Assembly: GCA_964348825.1 (NCBI GenBank)
Contig: CAYGDX010000003.1
Span: 22,184 to 86,183 of the forward strand
DNA from: an uncultured Gammaproteobacteria bacterium
GTDB lineage: Bacteria > Patescibacteriota > Patescibacteriia > Veblenbacterales > UBA10138
Length of the DNA stretch: 64,000 nucleotides
Reading direction: 5' to 3'
Part shown: positions 35,821 through 46,218 of the stretch, in pieces
Layout of the letters: each line of letters starts with the position of its first letter
Position numbering within the stretch: position 1 is the stretch's first letter
Translations under genes and position numbers: made by a program
The notes under the pieces: generated by a model
Told to the model about the DNA's origin: nothing
Database searches by the model: none
Seen by the model: the letters and a program-made list of their open reading frames with translations, nothing else

Positions 35821-36753
35821 ATGAAAATATTAGTTACCGGTGGTGCAGGGTTTATTGGCTCACATTTGACTGATTTCTTGGTATCTAAAAAACACCAAGT
35901 TTTAGTGCTGGATAATTTAAGTCACGGACGATTGTCTAATATTGCCACAAACTCTCAAAAATATAAATTTAAAAAAATAGATATTCGCTCACCACGCTTA
36001 TCTACTGTTTTTCGCGCCTTCCGTCCAGAAAAAGTTTTTCACTTGGCGGCACAAATTAATGTACGTGAATCATTAAAAAATCCGGCGCGTGACGCGGAAA
36101 GTAATATTATTGGCGCGCTTAATGTTTTTCAAAATGCCCAAAATGTAGGCGCTAAACAAATTATTTTTACTTCTACTGGCGGCGCACTTTACGGCGAAGC
36201 AAAAATTCGACCCACCCCCGAAAATCATCCGACTGTTCCCCTTTCGCCTTACGGCATCGCCAAGCTCGCCACTGAAAATTATTTAAAATTTTATTATCAA
36301 GTTTATAAATTACCCTCTGTAATTTTAAGATTTTCTAATGTTTACGGCCCACGGCAAAACCCTGAAGGTGAAGCTGGTGTGGTCGCAATTTTTGCAGATT
36401 GTTTATTAAAAGGTTTATCACCAACAATTAACGGCTCGGGGAATCAAACTCGTGATTTTGTTTATGTGGGCGATGTAGTTCAAGCTTTAAACAAAGCAAG
36501 TAGCCATAAAAAATTTGATATTTTTAACATTGCCACTGAACGAGAAGTTAGTATCAATGAAATTTTTAATATTCTTAAAAAAATTACTAAATTTTCTGGT
36601 GCACCAAAATATGTACCAGCAATCCTAGGCGAAATTTATCACAGCGTGTTAAGCGCAAAACACGCCAAGCAAACGTTGCGTTGGCAACCACAGGTTAAAA
36701 TTGAGGAGGGATTAAAAAAAGTGGCGGAGTATATGTTATCACTAAAACATTAG
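35821..36753 (+). CDS. NAD-dependent sugar epimerase/dehydratase (GalE-like SDR)
   Basis: MKILVTGGAGFIGSHL Rossmann motif and YGIAK catalytic Tyr-x3-Lys. Confidence 0.8.
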   Translation: MKILVTGGAGFIGSHLTDFLVSKKHQVLVLDNLSHGRLSNIATNSQKYKFKKIDIRSPRLSTVFRAFRPEKVFHLAAQINVRESLKNPARDAESNIIGALNVFQNAQNVGAKQIIFTSTGGALYGEAKIRPTPENHPTVPLSPYGIAKLATENYLKFYYQVYKLPSVILRFSNVYGPRQNPEGEAGVVAIFADCLLKGLSPTINGSGNQTRDFVYVGDVVQALNKASSHKKFDIFNIATEREVSINEIFNILKKITKFSGAPKYVPAILGEIYHSVLSAKHAKQTLRWQPQVKIEEGLKKVAEYMLSLKH

Positions 36754-36797
36754 AACACTTTATCAATTTTTGTTTTTATGTTCTAGTGGTCTAGTGT
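36741..36797. promoter_or_regulatory. Palindromic 9-mer array element straddling the epimerase stop, immediately upstream of the GT2 gene
   Basis: cactaaaacattagaacac-tttatcaatttttgtttttat-gttctagtggtctagtg. Confidence 0.5.
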
Positions 36798-36807
36798 AAA
36801 AAAATTT

Positions 36808-37872
36808 ATGTCAACTAAAAACTCTGTCTACTGCATCATCGTTTGCTACAACGGCGCCAAATTCTTGCCAGAGTTATTTGCGTCGCTTGATAAAACTATA
36901 ATGCCGAACGGCGTTGAATTTAAAACTGTAGTAGTTGACAATGCTTCAACTGACGATTCCTTGTCTTATCTAAAAACCTTAAACAATATTCATCTTATTG
37001 AAAGTAAAACCAATGCTGGTTTTGCGGAAGGAAATAATATTGGCCTGCGTTATGCCTTAGAAAACGGTGCGAATTTTGTATTTTTACTTAATCAAGATAC
37101 GGTAGTGGATCAAAACTGGCTTCAAGAAATTATGGAAACTGCTAAAAAGCATCCGGAAGCAGGAGCCATTCAATCTTTATTATTACTTCACAATCAGGAC
37201 GAAACCGCGCCAAAATTAATAAACAGTTGGGGCAATGAACTACACTTCTTGGGTTTTGGTTTTGCTGGTGGATTAAAAAAACTTTTTAAACCCGATGTTT
37301 TAACTGCCAAATCTATTACTTACGCCTCAGGTGCGGCTGTTTTATTCCGTAGTGAAGCACTTAAAAAAATAGGTTTATTTGACGCTTCATATTTTCTTTA
37401 CCATGAAGATACCGACCTTTCACTTCGTTTAAGAATTAGTGGGCACGATATTATACTATCGCCTAAATCAATTATCTACCATAAATATAAATTTGGCCCA
37501 AATCAAATCACTTATTATCATTTGGAAAAAAATCGTTTGCGAGTTTTACTAGAATATTATAAATGGCCCACTTTACTACTCATTTTACCATTTTTTATTG
37601 GCTATGAGCTCGGCATTTTACTTTTTGCTTTAAAAAGCGGATTCTTTAAAGCTAAAATAAAATCTTGGTGGTGGGTGATTAAAAATTTCCCATTAGTTAT
37701 AAAGAAAAGACAAAATATTCAATCCTTACGTACTATATCTGATTTAGAATTTACTAAAATATTACGGGGTGATATTGAATTTGTGGAAGTAAATAATCCT
37801 CTACTTCAATATATTGTTAACCCCTTAGGAAAAATTTATTGGGCCTTAATTCGTAGCTTAATTTTTTGGTAA
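36808..37872 (+). CDS. Family 2 glycosyltransferase
   Basis: CIIVCYNG...VVVDNASTDDS and the acceptor-side DTDLSLR motif. Confidence 0.75.
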   Translation: MSTKNSVYCIIVCYNGAKFLPELFASLDKTIMPNGVEFKTVVVDNASTDDSLSYLKTLNNIHLIESKTNAGFAEGNNIGLRYALENGANFVFLLNQDTVVDQNWLQEIMETAKKHPEAGAIQSLLLLHNQDETAPKLINSWGNELHFLGFGFAGGLKKLFKPDVLTAKSITYASGAAVLFRSEALKKIGLFDASYFLYHEDTDLSLRLRISGHDIILSPKSIIYHKYKFGPNQITYYHLEKNRLRVLLEYYKWPTLLLILPFFIGYELGILLFALKSGFFKAKIKSWWWVIKNFPLVIKKRQNIQSLRTISDLEFTKILRGDIEFVEVNNPLLQYIVNPLGKIYWALIRSLIFW

Positions 37873-39882
37873 ATGATTACACAATCACAAATTAGAATTT
37901 TTATTATTACCTTAGGTTTACTTTTAGGACTAAACTTATGGTTTTGGCAAACACAAATTGTTGGCAGTATTTTAGGAATAATGCTTACTATTACTATCTC
38001 TTATATTTTAGGTAATAAATTTATTAAGTCCAATAATCTAATCAATACTTTGCTTGGCTTAATTATTTTAATTAGCTATTTAAGTGTACTGGGTTCAATT
38101 TTTTATTTAATAATTGGTTTATATCTTCCAATTATTTTAATAATGTTAATTGGAGTAATTGCATTTGGATATTTTTACGCTACCAATATAGAATTGCCGT
38201 TAGTAAAAATAAAATTTGATTGGACAATTTTGGTGTACAGCACCTTAATAGCTATTTGTCTTTTTATTCTTTACCAATCAAGAACCTCCGAAGCCATTCG
38301 CTCCACTTGGGAAGTAGTGCCAATTAGTTTTTGGATAACTTTAATACTTACTACCGGATTTTTAGTTTGGCGTGAAATTAACCGCGGACATTCCTTAATT
38401 TTAGTTATCATCCATAGCTTACTTTTATTAAACGTGGCTAATATTATTTATGTACTTGGTTTTGGCTATGATCCTTTTATTCACTTAGCTACCGAAAAAT
38501 ATATTGCCATAAATGGTTTCATTACCCCTAAAAAACTTTATTATTTAGGAATGTATAGCCCAATTATATTTTGGCATCACCTAACCTTAATGCCACTAGA
38601 AATAATAAATAAATGGCTGGTACCAATTTTGGCTGGGCTTACACTACCAGCCGCAATGAGTTTATTATTATCAAAACACCAAAAAACATATTTAACTTTG
38701 GGAGTACTGGCCGTACCGTTTACAACTTTTATAATTACCACACCGCAAAATTTAGCTAATCTTTTTTTATTACTAATAGTTATTTTAATTTTAGCTCAAA
38801 CTAAACCAACGGTAATTGGGTTGCTAACTCTAGCCGCCCTAATTACTCAACCGCTAGCCGGTATTCCAGCCTTAGCTCTAGCTAGTTTTTACCAATCTAT
38901 CCAGCTTAATAATCAACCAATAAGCCGAATTTTCAAATTTTCCGGCTTTATTGTTGGCTTTATTGGAATACCAACCGCGCTTTTTTTACTTAGCATAATA
39001 TCACCTTTTCATCCCACACTAGCTTGGTCCTTGCCACCCAGTCAACTTTTTTTACCACTTATTACCTCACTTAAACTTACAACTCAACCAATACTGGATG
39101 CGATTTACCTTTACTCTAGTTTACTCTGGCCCGCAGTTTTAATAATAAGTTTATTTGGTTTTACAAAATATTGGCGCGTTGATAAAAATTTAAAAATAAT
39201 CAGCTGGTTGGTAATAACTTTATTTTTTAATGCTATTTTAATAAGTAGTTTAATAAAATTTGATTTTTTAATTGGTTACGAAAGATTAGATTTTGCCAAA
39301 AGATTTGTTGAAATGGCGCTACTAGTTTTAACACCAGTCGTTTTAATTATTTTGGCTAATTTAAAAATAACTGGCAAAATTTATCAATCAACAATAATAA
39401 TTTTATTAAGCTTAGTCCTACCTACCTCACTTTATTTATCACACCCTAGAAACGATAAACATTTTTACACCCGCGGTTTTAATATTAGCCAAGCTGACCT
39501 TGCCGCTGTGTCAAAAATTAAACAAGACGCCCAGAATAAAAAATATGTTGTACTAAGTAATCAAAATTTAGGCGCGGCTGCTTTAGTGGTTTCAGGTTTT
39601 TCTCCGCATTATTTTGCACCAGATGGCAGTGAACAATATTTTTATTCAATCCCAACCGGTGGGTACTTGTATAAATACTTTTATCAAATCGCGGAACTAA
39701 GTGGTGATGTTAAAATTAATGTTGATGAAATATTTAAAACTATACCGGTTGACTATATTTATCTAGCGATTCACAATTATTGGTTTAATAAAGAAAAAAT
39801 TATAACTTCCACTACACAATTAAACAACCAAAAAATAATCGCCACTGATAAAAATATCACAGTGATTCGATTTGAAAGATAG
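37873..39882 (+). CDS. Large polytopic membrane protein with extracytoplasmic C-terminal domain (putative GT-C-type glycosyltransferase or polymerase)
   Basis: 669 aa; more than 12 hydrophobic helices in the first ~470 aa; starts 1 nt after the GT2 stop. Confidence 0.45.
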   Translation: MITQSQIRIFIITLGLLLGLNLWFWQTQIVGSILGIMLTITISYILGNKFIKSNNLINTLLGLIILISYLSVLGSIFYLIIGLYLPIILIMLIGVIAFGYFYATNIELPLVKIKFDWTILVYSTLIAICLFILYQSRTSEAIRSTWEVVPISFWITLILTTGFLVWREINRGHSLILVIIHSLLLLNVANIIYVLGFGYDPFIHLATEKYIAINGFITPKKLYYLGMYSPIIFWHHLTLMPLEIINKWLVPILAGLTLPAAMSLLLSKHQKTYLTLGVLAVPFTTFIITTPQNLANLFLLLIVILILAQTKPTVIGLLTLAALITQPLAGIPALALASFYQSIQLNNQPISRIFKFSGFIVGFIGIPTALFLLSIISPFHPTLAWSLPPSQLFLPLITSLKLTTQPILDAIYLYSSLLWPAVLIISLFGFTKYWRVDKNLKIISWLVITLFFNAILISSLIKFDFLIGYERLDFAKRFVEMALLVLTPVVLIILANLKITGKIYQSTIIILLSLVLPTSLYLSHPRNDKHFYTRGFNISQADLAAVSKIKQDAQNKKYVVLSNQNLGAAALVVSGFSPHYFAPDGSEQYFYSIPTGGYLYKYFYQIAELSGDVKINVDEIFKTIPVDYIYLAIHNYWFNKEKIITSTTQLNNQKIIATDKNITVIRFER

Positions 39883-39885
39883 CTG

Positions 39886-39913
39886 CCAATTATATTCGGC
39901 CGGACATAATTGG
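39886..39913. terminator. Hairpin ccaattatattcgg-ccgg-acataattgg between convergent genes (tgtccNNNcggaca-like family); candidate bidirectional terminator
   Basis: Inverted repeat sharing ggacataatt with the 15658 hairpin. Located between convergent 37873..39882 (+) and 39927..41141 (-). Confidence 0.35.
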
Positions 39914-39926
39914 CTGATATGATTAT

Positions 39927-41141
39927 TTATAAATTTAATAATTTTTCTAAATAAGAATTTATATCAAGTCCTTGCACTGAGAGTACTGTATTTTTACGCA
40001 AAGCAACTAAATCATCCTTATGATACAAACAGTGTTCTAAAGTTTTTAATAAATCATCACTGCTACCGGCCTGAAAAATATAACCGTTCACACTATGCTG
40101 AACTAATTGCACTCCACCGATTTGGGCGGCGATAACTGGCACACCAAAAGATAAACTTTCACCAATAATAGTTGGTGAATTTTCATAACAAAGTGAAGGG
40201 AAAATAGTGGCATCGATATTAGTAAAAACTTCAGGTAAATCACGATGAGCCACCACCCCCCTTACCACAATCTCTTCGTAGCCAACTGAAATTCTTTTAA
40301 CTTGATTAAGAAGCGCTCCTCCACCAACGATTAATAATCTAGCGGACTTAGGGTATTTATTTAAAAAAATTTTAAATGTTTCTACTAAAAATACAATGCC
40401 TTTGTGATTTTCTAATTGACCAAGGTATAAAAAATTTAATTGCTGACTGGGCTTAAAAACAGCCGGCACTTGTGGTTTAAGTGGATTAAGTAAAACTATT
40501 TTCTTAGAATTACAAAAAAATTTACGCTCCACATAAAAATCCAATAAAAACTGAGAAGCCGATACCACCACTTGTGGTGAAGAAAAAATTAATCGATTTA
40601 AAAATTCATACAAACGTGTGAATGGCCCTTTATTTTGCCACGATTCTTCCTCACCTTTGATAATCCGACCAGTTGGAATAGATAGTTGAACATCGTGTAC
40701 TGTATGAATATGTCGGACTTTAAATTTTTTAGCATACTTTTCCGCCACTCGAATTGCCAAATAACTAACGCCTTTTAAGTTGTGAGTTAAAACTATTTGT
40801 GGTTTTTCTATATGTAAAATTTTATTTGTAACAAAATAAGCGTGGAAGTTAAACATATCAATCACGTGCCAAGGTAATCGTAAAATACTTGGTCGATAAT
40901 TAATATTTAAAAAGGAAAATAAATTTAATGGATAATAGCGATAAACTGTTAACTTACCGACGACAGTCGGTAAAATTTCTGGACGTAGCCACAGCGACTT
41001 AAATCCTTTCAGAAATCCAGCGGTAATAACAATAACCTCATGACCTTGTTTAACCAAGCCATCTACGGTATTTTCCACTGCTACATCGGCTCCACCAGTA
41101 GAGTAAGGCCTAAAAGCAGAAGCAATTAAACAAATCTTCAT
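39927..41141 (-). CDS. Family 4 (GT-B) glycosyltransferase
   Basis: C-terminal E-x7-E-like region GESLSFGVPVIA; 404 aa. Confidence 0.7.
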   Translation of the reverse strand: MKICLIASAFRPYSTGGADVAVENTVDGLVKQGHEVIVITAGFLKGFKSLWLRPEILPTVVGKLTVYRYYPLNLFSFLNINYRPSILRLPWHVIDMFNFHAYFVTNKILHIEKPQIVLTHNLKGVSYLAIRVAEKYAKKFKVRHIHTVHDVQLSIPTGRIIKGEEESWQNKGPFTRLYEFLNRLIFSSPQVVVSASQFLLDFYVERKFFCNSKKIVLLNPLKPQVPAVFKPSQQLNFLYLGQLENHKGIVFLVETFKIFLNKYPKSARLLIVGGGALLNQVKRISVGYEEIVVRGVVAHRDLPEVFTNIDATIFPSLCYENSPTIIGESLSFGVPVIAAQIGGVQLVQHSVNGYIFQAGSSDDLLKTLEHCLYHKDDLVALRKNTVLSVQGLDINSYLEKLLNL

Positions 41142-41151
41142 AAAATATAAA

Positions 41152-42294
41152 CTATAATAATGCCTCTTTGTAATATTCTACTAATTTTTGAGTTACTCTT
41201 GGCCAACTATAATTAGTTACCACTTTGATCCGCGCTGACTCACCTAAAAATTTTCTTTCATCAGGATGTTCAAATAAACGAACAATAGCTTGACTGAGTG
41301 ACACAGAATCATTAATCGGCACAACTAAACCATCTTGCCCAACTAAAGCCGCTGGTCCTGGTAAAGTAGTAGTAATAACCGGCTTGGCACAAGCCATGGC
41401 CTCTAAAACTACCACTGGAAAAGCTTCCACTGCCACCGACGGTAAAATAAATAAATCAGCTAAACGATAATAATCTGGCAACTTTTGTTGATCAATTCCA
41501 CCTGCCCATATTATATTTTTAGCTACACCTAAAACTTGGGCTTGCACTTGGTAATCTTTTTTAAGCTCACCCTCACCTACCACAATTAAAAAAATATCAT
41601 TATCTTTTTTTGATAATATACTAAGCGCGGAAAGCAATACCGGCAAGCCTTTAAAATAATGGGCCTGATCCAATCCGCCCACAAACAATAAAATTTTGTG
41701 ATCAAATATATTAAATTTCTGACGTAAATTATTAAACATCTCTCCCGGACAAAACAATTCGGTATTAACTCCATTAGGTAAGTACCTAATTTTATTTTTT
41801 ACCCTATCTGACAAATTAGCTAAATCGCTACCTGCCACATGTGCTTCAGACAAACCAAAAATAAATTTAGCATTTTTTACTAAACTAGTTAAAAAACATT
41901 TAGTATAAAATCTAAAAATAATCCGACGTACACCCGAACCAATTAAATCATTGTGGTATTGCACCACCAAAGGAATATCAAATAAATGACAAATTGTTTT
42001 AACAAACCAGGTGCTACCAATAAAATACAAATGTAAATGCACTAAATCAAAATTTCTAATTTGTGACAAAAGTTGTGGTAAAACTGCCGCATTACCAAAA
42101 GATAAAAGTGGTCGCAAAAATCTTATTTCTAAACCGCCATTAATTTCCACCCGCGCTAATTCATTGTGATAAGCTGGTGTAAAAACTGTTATCTTGTGCC
42201 CCAATTTAGTTAAATATTCAGCTTGATTTTTAGCCACCACACCCACCCCCGCTCCATACGGCGGCCACACACAACTAATTATGGCAATTTTCAT
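41152..42294 (-). CDS. Family 4 (GT-B) glycosyltransferase
   Basis: PSVAVEAFPVVVLEAMACAKPVITT is the GT4 signature. Confidence 0.75.
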   Translation of the reverse strand: MKIAIISCVWPPYGAGVGVVAKNQAEYLTKLGHKITVFTPAYHNELARVEINGGLEIRFLRPLLSFGNAAVLPQLLSQIRNFDLVHLHLYFIGSTWFVKTICHLFDIPLVVQYHNDLIGSGVRRIIFRFYTKCFLTSLVKNAKFIFGLSEAHVAGSDLANLSDRVKNKIRYLPNGVNTELFCPGEMFNNLRQKFNIFDHKILLFVGGLDQAHYFKGLPVLLSALSILSKKDNDIFLIVVGEGELKKDYQVQAQVLGVAKNIIWAGGIDQQKLPDYYRLADLFILPSVAVEAFPVVVLEAMACAKPVITTTLPGPAALVGQDGLVVPINDSVSLSQAIVRLFEHPDERKFLGESARIKVVTNYSWPRVTQKLVEYYKEALL

Positions 42295-42404
42295 AAATTA
42301 AGTTCGTAGCTGTTAATCAATAGTTCGTAGAACTAATTACTACAAAAAATCGATAAATTATAAAATTATTTTCGAATTTCGATATTCGGATTTCGAATTT
42401 TTAC

Positions 42405-43655
42405 TTATACTCGCTTAATTTTCGCACCTAAAGAAGCCAACCTTTCATCTAATTTTTCATAACCGCGATCCACATTTTCCACATCATGAATCAAAGTTTC
42501 ACCTTGAGCAATTAGCGCTGCCACAATCAAGGTGGCGCCCGCTCGCAAATCAAAAGTTCTAATCTCTCTGCCATAAAGTGGGGTTGGTCCAGTAATCACC
42601 ACCCGATGTGGATCAGCCACCACTGCACCGGCTCCCATTTTTACAAGCTCTGAAATATGATTTAAACGACCTTCATACATTGGGTCGTGAATTAAAGATG
42701 TGCCAGTGGCTTGAGTAGCGAGTACTGTAAATGGCGCTTGTAAATCAGTGGGGAACCCTGGGTATGGTAAGGCCTGCAATTTAAATGATTTCAACTGACG
42801 ACTGGCCACAACTTTTAGATAATTATTTTGAAGTTCAAAATCTACACCAATTTCTTTCAGTTTTAATAAAATAATAGATAAATGCTCCGGCACAACTGGG
42901 CCAATGGTAATTTCACCGCGGCTTACCGCACCAAGTACTGCCCAAGTACCAATTTCAATAGTATCGGGTATTAAATTATGTGAAGTGCCATGAAGCTCGC
43001 TTACACCTTCAATCACCAAAGTGTGTGTACCAATACCACTAATCTGCGCTCCCATTTTTACCAAAAAATTACATAAATCTTGCACGTGTGGTTCCGCCGC
43101 CGCCAGTTCGATAGTAGTTACTCCGGAAGCTAAAACCGCGGCCATTACAATATTTTCTGTAGCGGTAACAGAAAATTCTGGTAAAATAATTCTGGTACCA
43201 TTTAATTTTTTAGCTTTCAAACAATACGACTCGCCTTGTATTTCTACGGTGGCGCCTAATTTCCGTAAACCATCTAAATGAGCTCCGAGTGGACGATTAC
43301 CAATAATACAACCCCCTGGCTCAGGCAAACTAACTTCACCTAAACGTGCGAGGAGTGGTCCAAACATTAAAACAGACGACCTCATACCTTTTACCAATTT
43401 ACGATCTAAATTGGCTAGATTGACTTCAGCGGCGCTAATTTTTAATTCTGATCCGACCCTAGTACATTTTGCACCCACTTGCTCTAATAATTTTATCATT
43501 TTATCGACATCACTAATTTGTGGAACATTACTAATCACCACTTCATCTTTAGTTAAGAGTGAAGCGGCTAAAATTGGAGTAGCGGCATTTTTCGCCCCCG
43601 GCACATTAATTTGGCCACTTAAAGAGTTGCCACCTTCAATAATTAAGCTACTCAT
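42405..43655 (-). CDS. murA: UDP-N-acetylglucosamine 1-carboxyvinyltransferase MurA
   Basis: 416 aa; EPSP-synthase fold motifs and catalytic-loop region LPEPGGCIIGNRPL. Confidence 0.9.
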   Translation of the reverse strand: MSSLIIEGGNSLSGQINVPGAKNAATPILAASLLTKDEVVISNVPQISDVDKMIKLLEQVGAKCTRVGSELKISAAEVNLANLDRKLVKGMRSSVLMFGPLLARLGEVSLPEPGGCIIGNRPLGAHLDGLRKLGATVEIQGESYCLKAKKLNGTRIILPEFSVTATENIVMAAVLASGVTTIELAAAEPHVQDLCNFLVKMGAQISGIGTHTLVIEGVSELHGTSHNLIPDTIEIGTWAVLGAVSRGEITIGPVVPEHLSIILLKLKEIGVDFELQNNYLKVVASRQLKSFKLQALPYPGFPTDLQAPFTVLATQATGTSLIHDPMYEGRLNHISELVKMGAGAVVADPHRVVITGPTPLYGREIRTFDLRAGATLIVAALIAQGETLIHDVENVDRGYEKLDERLASLGAKIKRV

Positions 43656-43740
43656 GGTAAAATGAAAAATAGTTAATATAATACGCTAGATGAAATTATT
43701 GTAGCAGAATACTAATCATTTATCAACCTAATTACAAATT

Positions 43741-45162
43741 ATGGATTTAGCCTCTAGACGCTTAATTTACTTGGGATTTTTTCTAATTTTTATAGTGGCC
43801 GGCAGTGCTTTGATTTTTTATTTGCAAGGTTTTCGTTATAACCCTGATAAAAAAGAGGTTGAGCAAGTGGGTGCTATTAATTTAAGTACTACGCCAAATG
43901 GTGCGACAATTTTTTTAAACGGACAAAAATTTTCACACCCCACTCCAACTACTATTAATTCACTAACCGCTGGTGAATACGAAGTAACTTTAAAAAAGGA
44001 AGAATTGCAAGTGTGGCAAAAAAAATTAACTGTTAAACCCAAACAAGTTGTTAGTGCCAGTGACGTAATACTTTGGTTGCCACCACAAATTTTCACTCCA
44101 ACAAGTGACAATAAAATATCATCTGTAAAAAATAAAACTCTAGTAGAAAATAATATAGCCCTTCATAAAATTTCCCACAACAACCAAACGCTACTTTACA
44201 CTACCACTGCCACGACTAATAATTTATGGTTACTTAATTTGCGTAGCGGCGAAAGCGATTTACTCGCACCGCCTACTGGTTTTTTAATTAATGAATTTAA
44301 TTTTTCACCTTCTAGTCAAAAAATTCTATTCCTTGGACAAATCCAAAATAAACCAATGGCCTTTATTTATTACCTTACTCAACAAAAATGGGAGAAAGCT
44401 TTAGCAATGGAAGCAGATAGTTTTGATAAATTAACTTGGGGTGAAAGTGATGATTATTTACTTAAACAAAATGATGATAATTTATGGCTAATTGATTTAG
44501 GTAGTGGTGAAGCCAAACTTATTTGGGAAGGAATAGTTAAGGATTGGAAAATGAACGATAATTTAATTTATTTACTGGTACCACAAAATGACAACTTGGT
44601 TTTAAAAATTATTAACAGTCGTAATTTAAAAAATATTAATTTAGCTGAACCATTAATTTTATCTAACAACTCCTCTTTTTTAACAACCCGTGGTGATTGG
44701 CTACCCATTACTGATGAAACAAAACATCTTCTTTATTTAATACGCTCACCTTTGAAAAATTCCTCGTCTTTAAGAAAATTAACAGCCGTGACAGCTATTG
44801 ATTGGCTTAACAATAATTCAAAAATGATAGTGGCTAATAATTATGAAATTTGGGAATACGAACCATTAGCCGATAACTTAAATCTAATTTGGCGGATAAG
44901 CACACCTTTAGCCCGCGTTCGACAATATTTAAATAAGCCCTACTTACTACTGACCTCGGGGAGTAGTTTGTGGGCTTTAGAATTTGATCGTCGCGGTGAT
45001 CAACAACGTTTCTTGCTAGCTGATTATGGTTTACCAATCACTGATTTTTTTATTAATCAAGATGGCACTTTCGCCACAGTTTTAACTGATACTAAAATTT
45101 ATCAACTGCCACTTAAGCCACAAAGGACTGAGGGTTACGACTGGCCCATAAATTTGCCCTAA
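43741..45162 (+). CDS. Membrane-anchored protein with PEGA-like domain and C-terminal beta-rich region
   Basis: N-terminal TM segment, then AINLSTTPNGATIFLNGQ...LTAGEYEVTLKK (PEGA-like). Confidence 0.4.
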   Translation: MDLASRRLIYLGFFLIFIVAGSALIFYLQGFRYNPDKKEVEQVGAINLSTTPNGATIFLNGQKFSHPTPTTINSLTAGEYEVTLKKEELQVWQKKLTVKPKQVVSASDVILWLPPQIFTPTSDNKISSVKNKTLVENNIALHKISHNNQTLLYTTTATTNNLWLLNLRSGESDLLAPPTGFLINEFNFSPSSQKILFLGQIQNKPMAFIYYLTQQKWEKALAMEADSFDKLTWGESDDYLLKQNDDNLWLIDLGSGEAKLIWEGIVKDWKMNDNLIYLLVPQNDNLVLKIINSRNLKNINLAEPLILSNNSSFLTTRGDWLPITDETKHLLYLIRSPLKNSSSLRKLTAVTAIDWLNNNSKMIVANNYEIWEYEPLADNLNLIWRISTPLARVRQYLNKPYLLLTSGSSLWALEFDRRGDQQRFLLADYGLPITDFFINQDGTFATVLTDTKIYQLPLKPQRTEGYDWPINLP

Positions 45163-45835
45163 GTAGTGATTCGAAAGTACCAGCATCAATCCACTCGCCT
45201 TCCACAATATCAACCTTAAGCTCACCGCGCTCTAAATACCAATTATGTAAATCAGTAATTTCTAGTTCGCCTCTCCCACTTGGCTTCACTTTTTTAGCTA
45301 TCTCCACAATTCTATTATCATAAATATACAAACCAGTAATCGCATAATTACTTAAATATTCCTTTGGTTTTTCTTTAATCGCCACGGCTTTTCCTTCGTC
45401 ATCAAATTTAACTACACCAAAACGCTCTGGATCAGGTACTTTTTTTGCAAAAATATGCGCCCCACTCTTAAATGATTTAATAGTAGATGAAAAATCATCT
45501 GCAAAAATATTATCACCGAGAATCATCGTAACGCTATCATCACCAATAAATTCTGAACCAATAATAAAAGCTTCGGCCAGTCCCGCTGGCTTATCTTGAA
45601 TTTCATAAGTAAATTTAGCGTTAAAATCACGACCACTCCCAAGTAAATGTAAATAATCACCAGCGTGATCTGGTGCCACAATGATTAAAATATCGCGAAT
45701 ATCAGCTTGCAATAAAGTAGCCAGCGGATACATAATCATTGGTTTGTTATAAATTGGCAATAATTGTTTAGAAGTAACACGAGTAAGTGGCCGTAGCCTA
45801 GTGCCTTCACCACCTGATAAAATAATACCTTTCAT
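45113..45835 (-). CDS. rmlA: Glucose-1-phosphate thymidylyltransferase
   Basis: MKGIILSGGEGTRLRPLT...KQLLPIY signature. Confidence 0.85.
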   Translation of the reverse strand: MKGIILSGGEGTRLRPLTRVTSKQLLPIYNKPMIMYPLATLLQADIRDILIIVAPDHAGDYLHLLGSGRDFNAKFTYEIQDKPAGLAEAFIIGSEFIGDDSVTMILGDNIFADDFSSTIKSFKSGAHIFAKKVPDPERFGVVKFDDEGKAVAIKEKPKEYLSNYAITGLYIYDNRIVEIAKKVKPSGRGELEITDLHNWYLERGELKVDIVEGEWIDAGTFESLLRANLWASRNPQSFVA

Positions 45836-46218
45836 AATACCATCAGTAATACTCCACTAAAAATTACAATAAATGAACAAATAAGTAATGTAATTACACT
45901 TTTTTGTTTATATTTATTAATTAATAAAAAAATAGAGTAAGTTAAACCTAAAATACCAATAACAGAAAAAATAATAATACTAAACTCGAAAATTATAAGT
46001 CTTATCATAAAATTCGATGATCCTAATTGTTCTGATATAATTAAAATAATAAATAAAACAACAGAAACTGCTTGCACAGCTAATAAAAATAAAACATATC
46101 TTAGTGGATTATAATTTTGGGGATTTGGTAATTTAAGAACTTCAATCATTTTGTTAAAATCAAAAAATAATAAACCTTTATACATTGACTTTTTGTAAAT
46201 ACTCACGCAAGGCCTCAC
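45832..46218 (-). CDS. Small membrane protein
   Basis: 128-aa hydrophobic ORF overlapping its neighbours by 4 and 41 nt. Confidence 0.3.
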   Translation of the reverse strand: MRPCVSIYKKSMYKGLLFFDFNKMIEVLKLPNPQNYNPLRYVLFLLAVQAVSVVLFIILIISEQLGSSNFMIRLIIFEFSIIIFSVIGILGLTYSIFLLINKYKQKSVITLLICSFIVIFSGVLLMVL

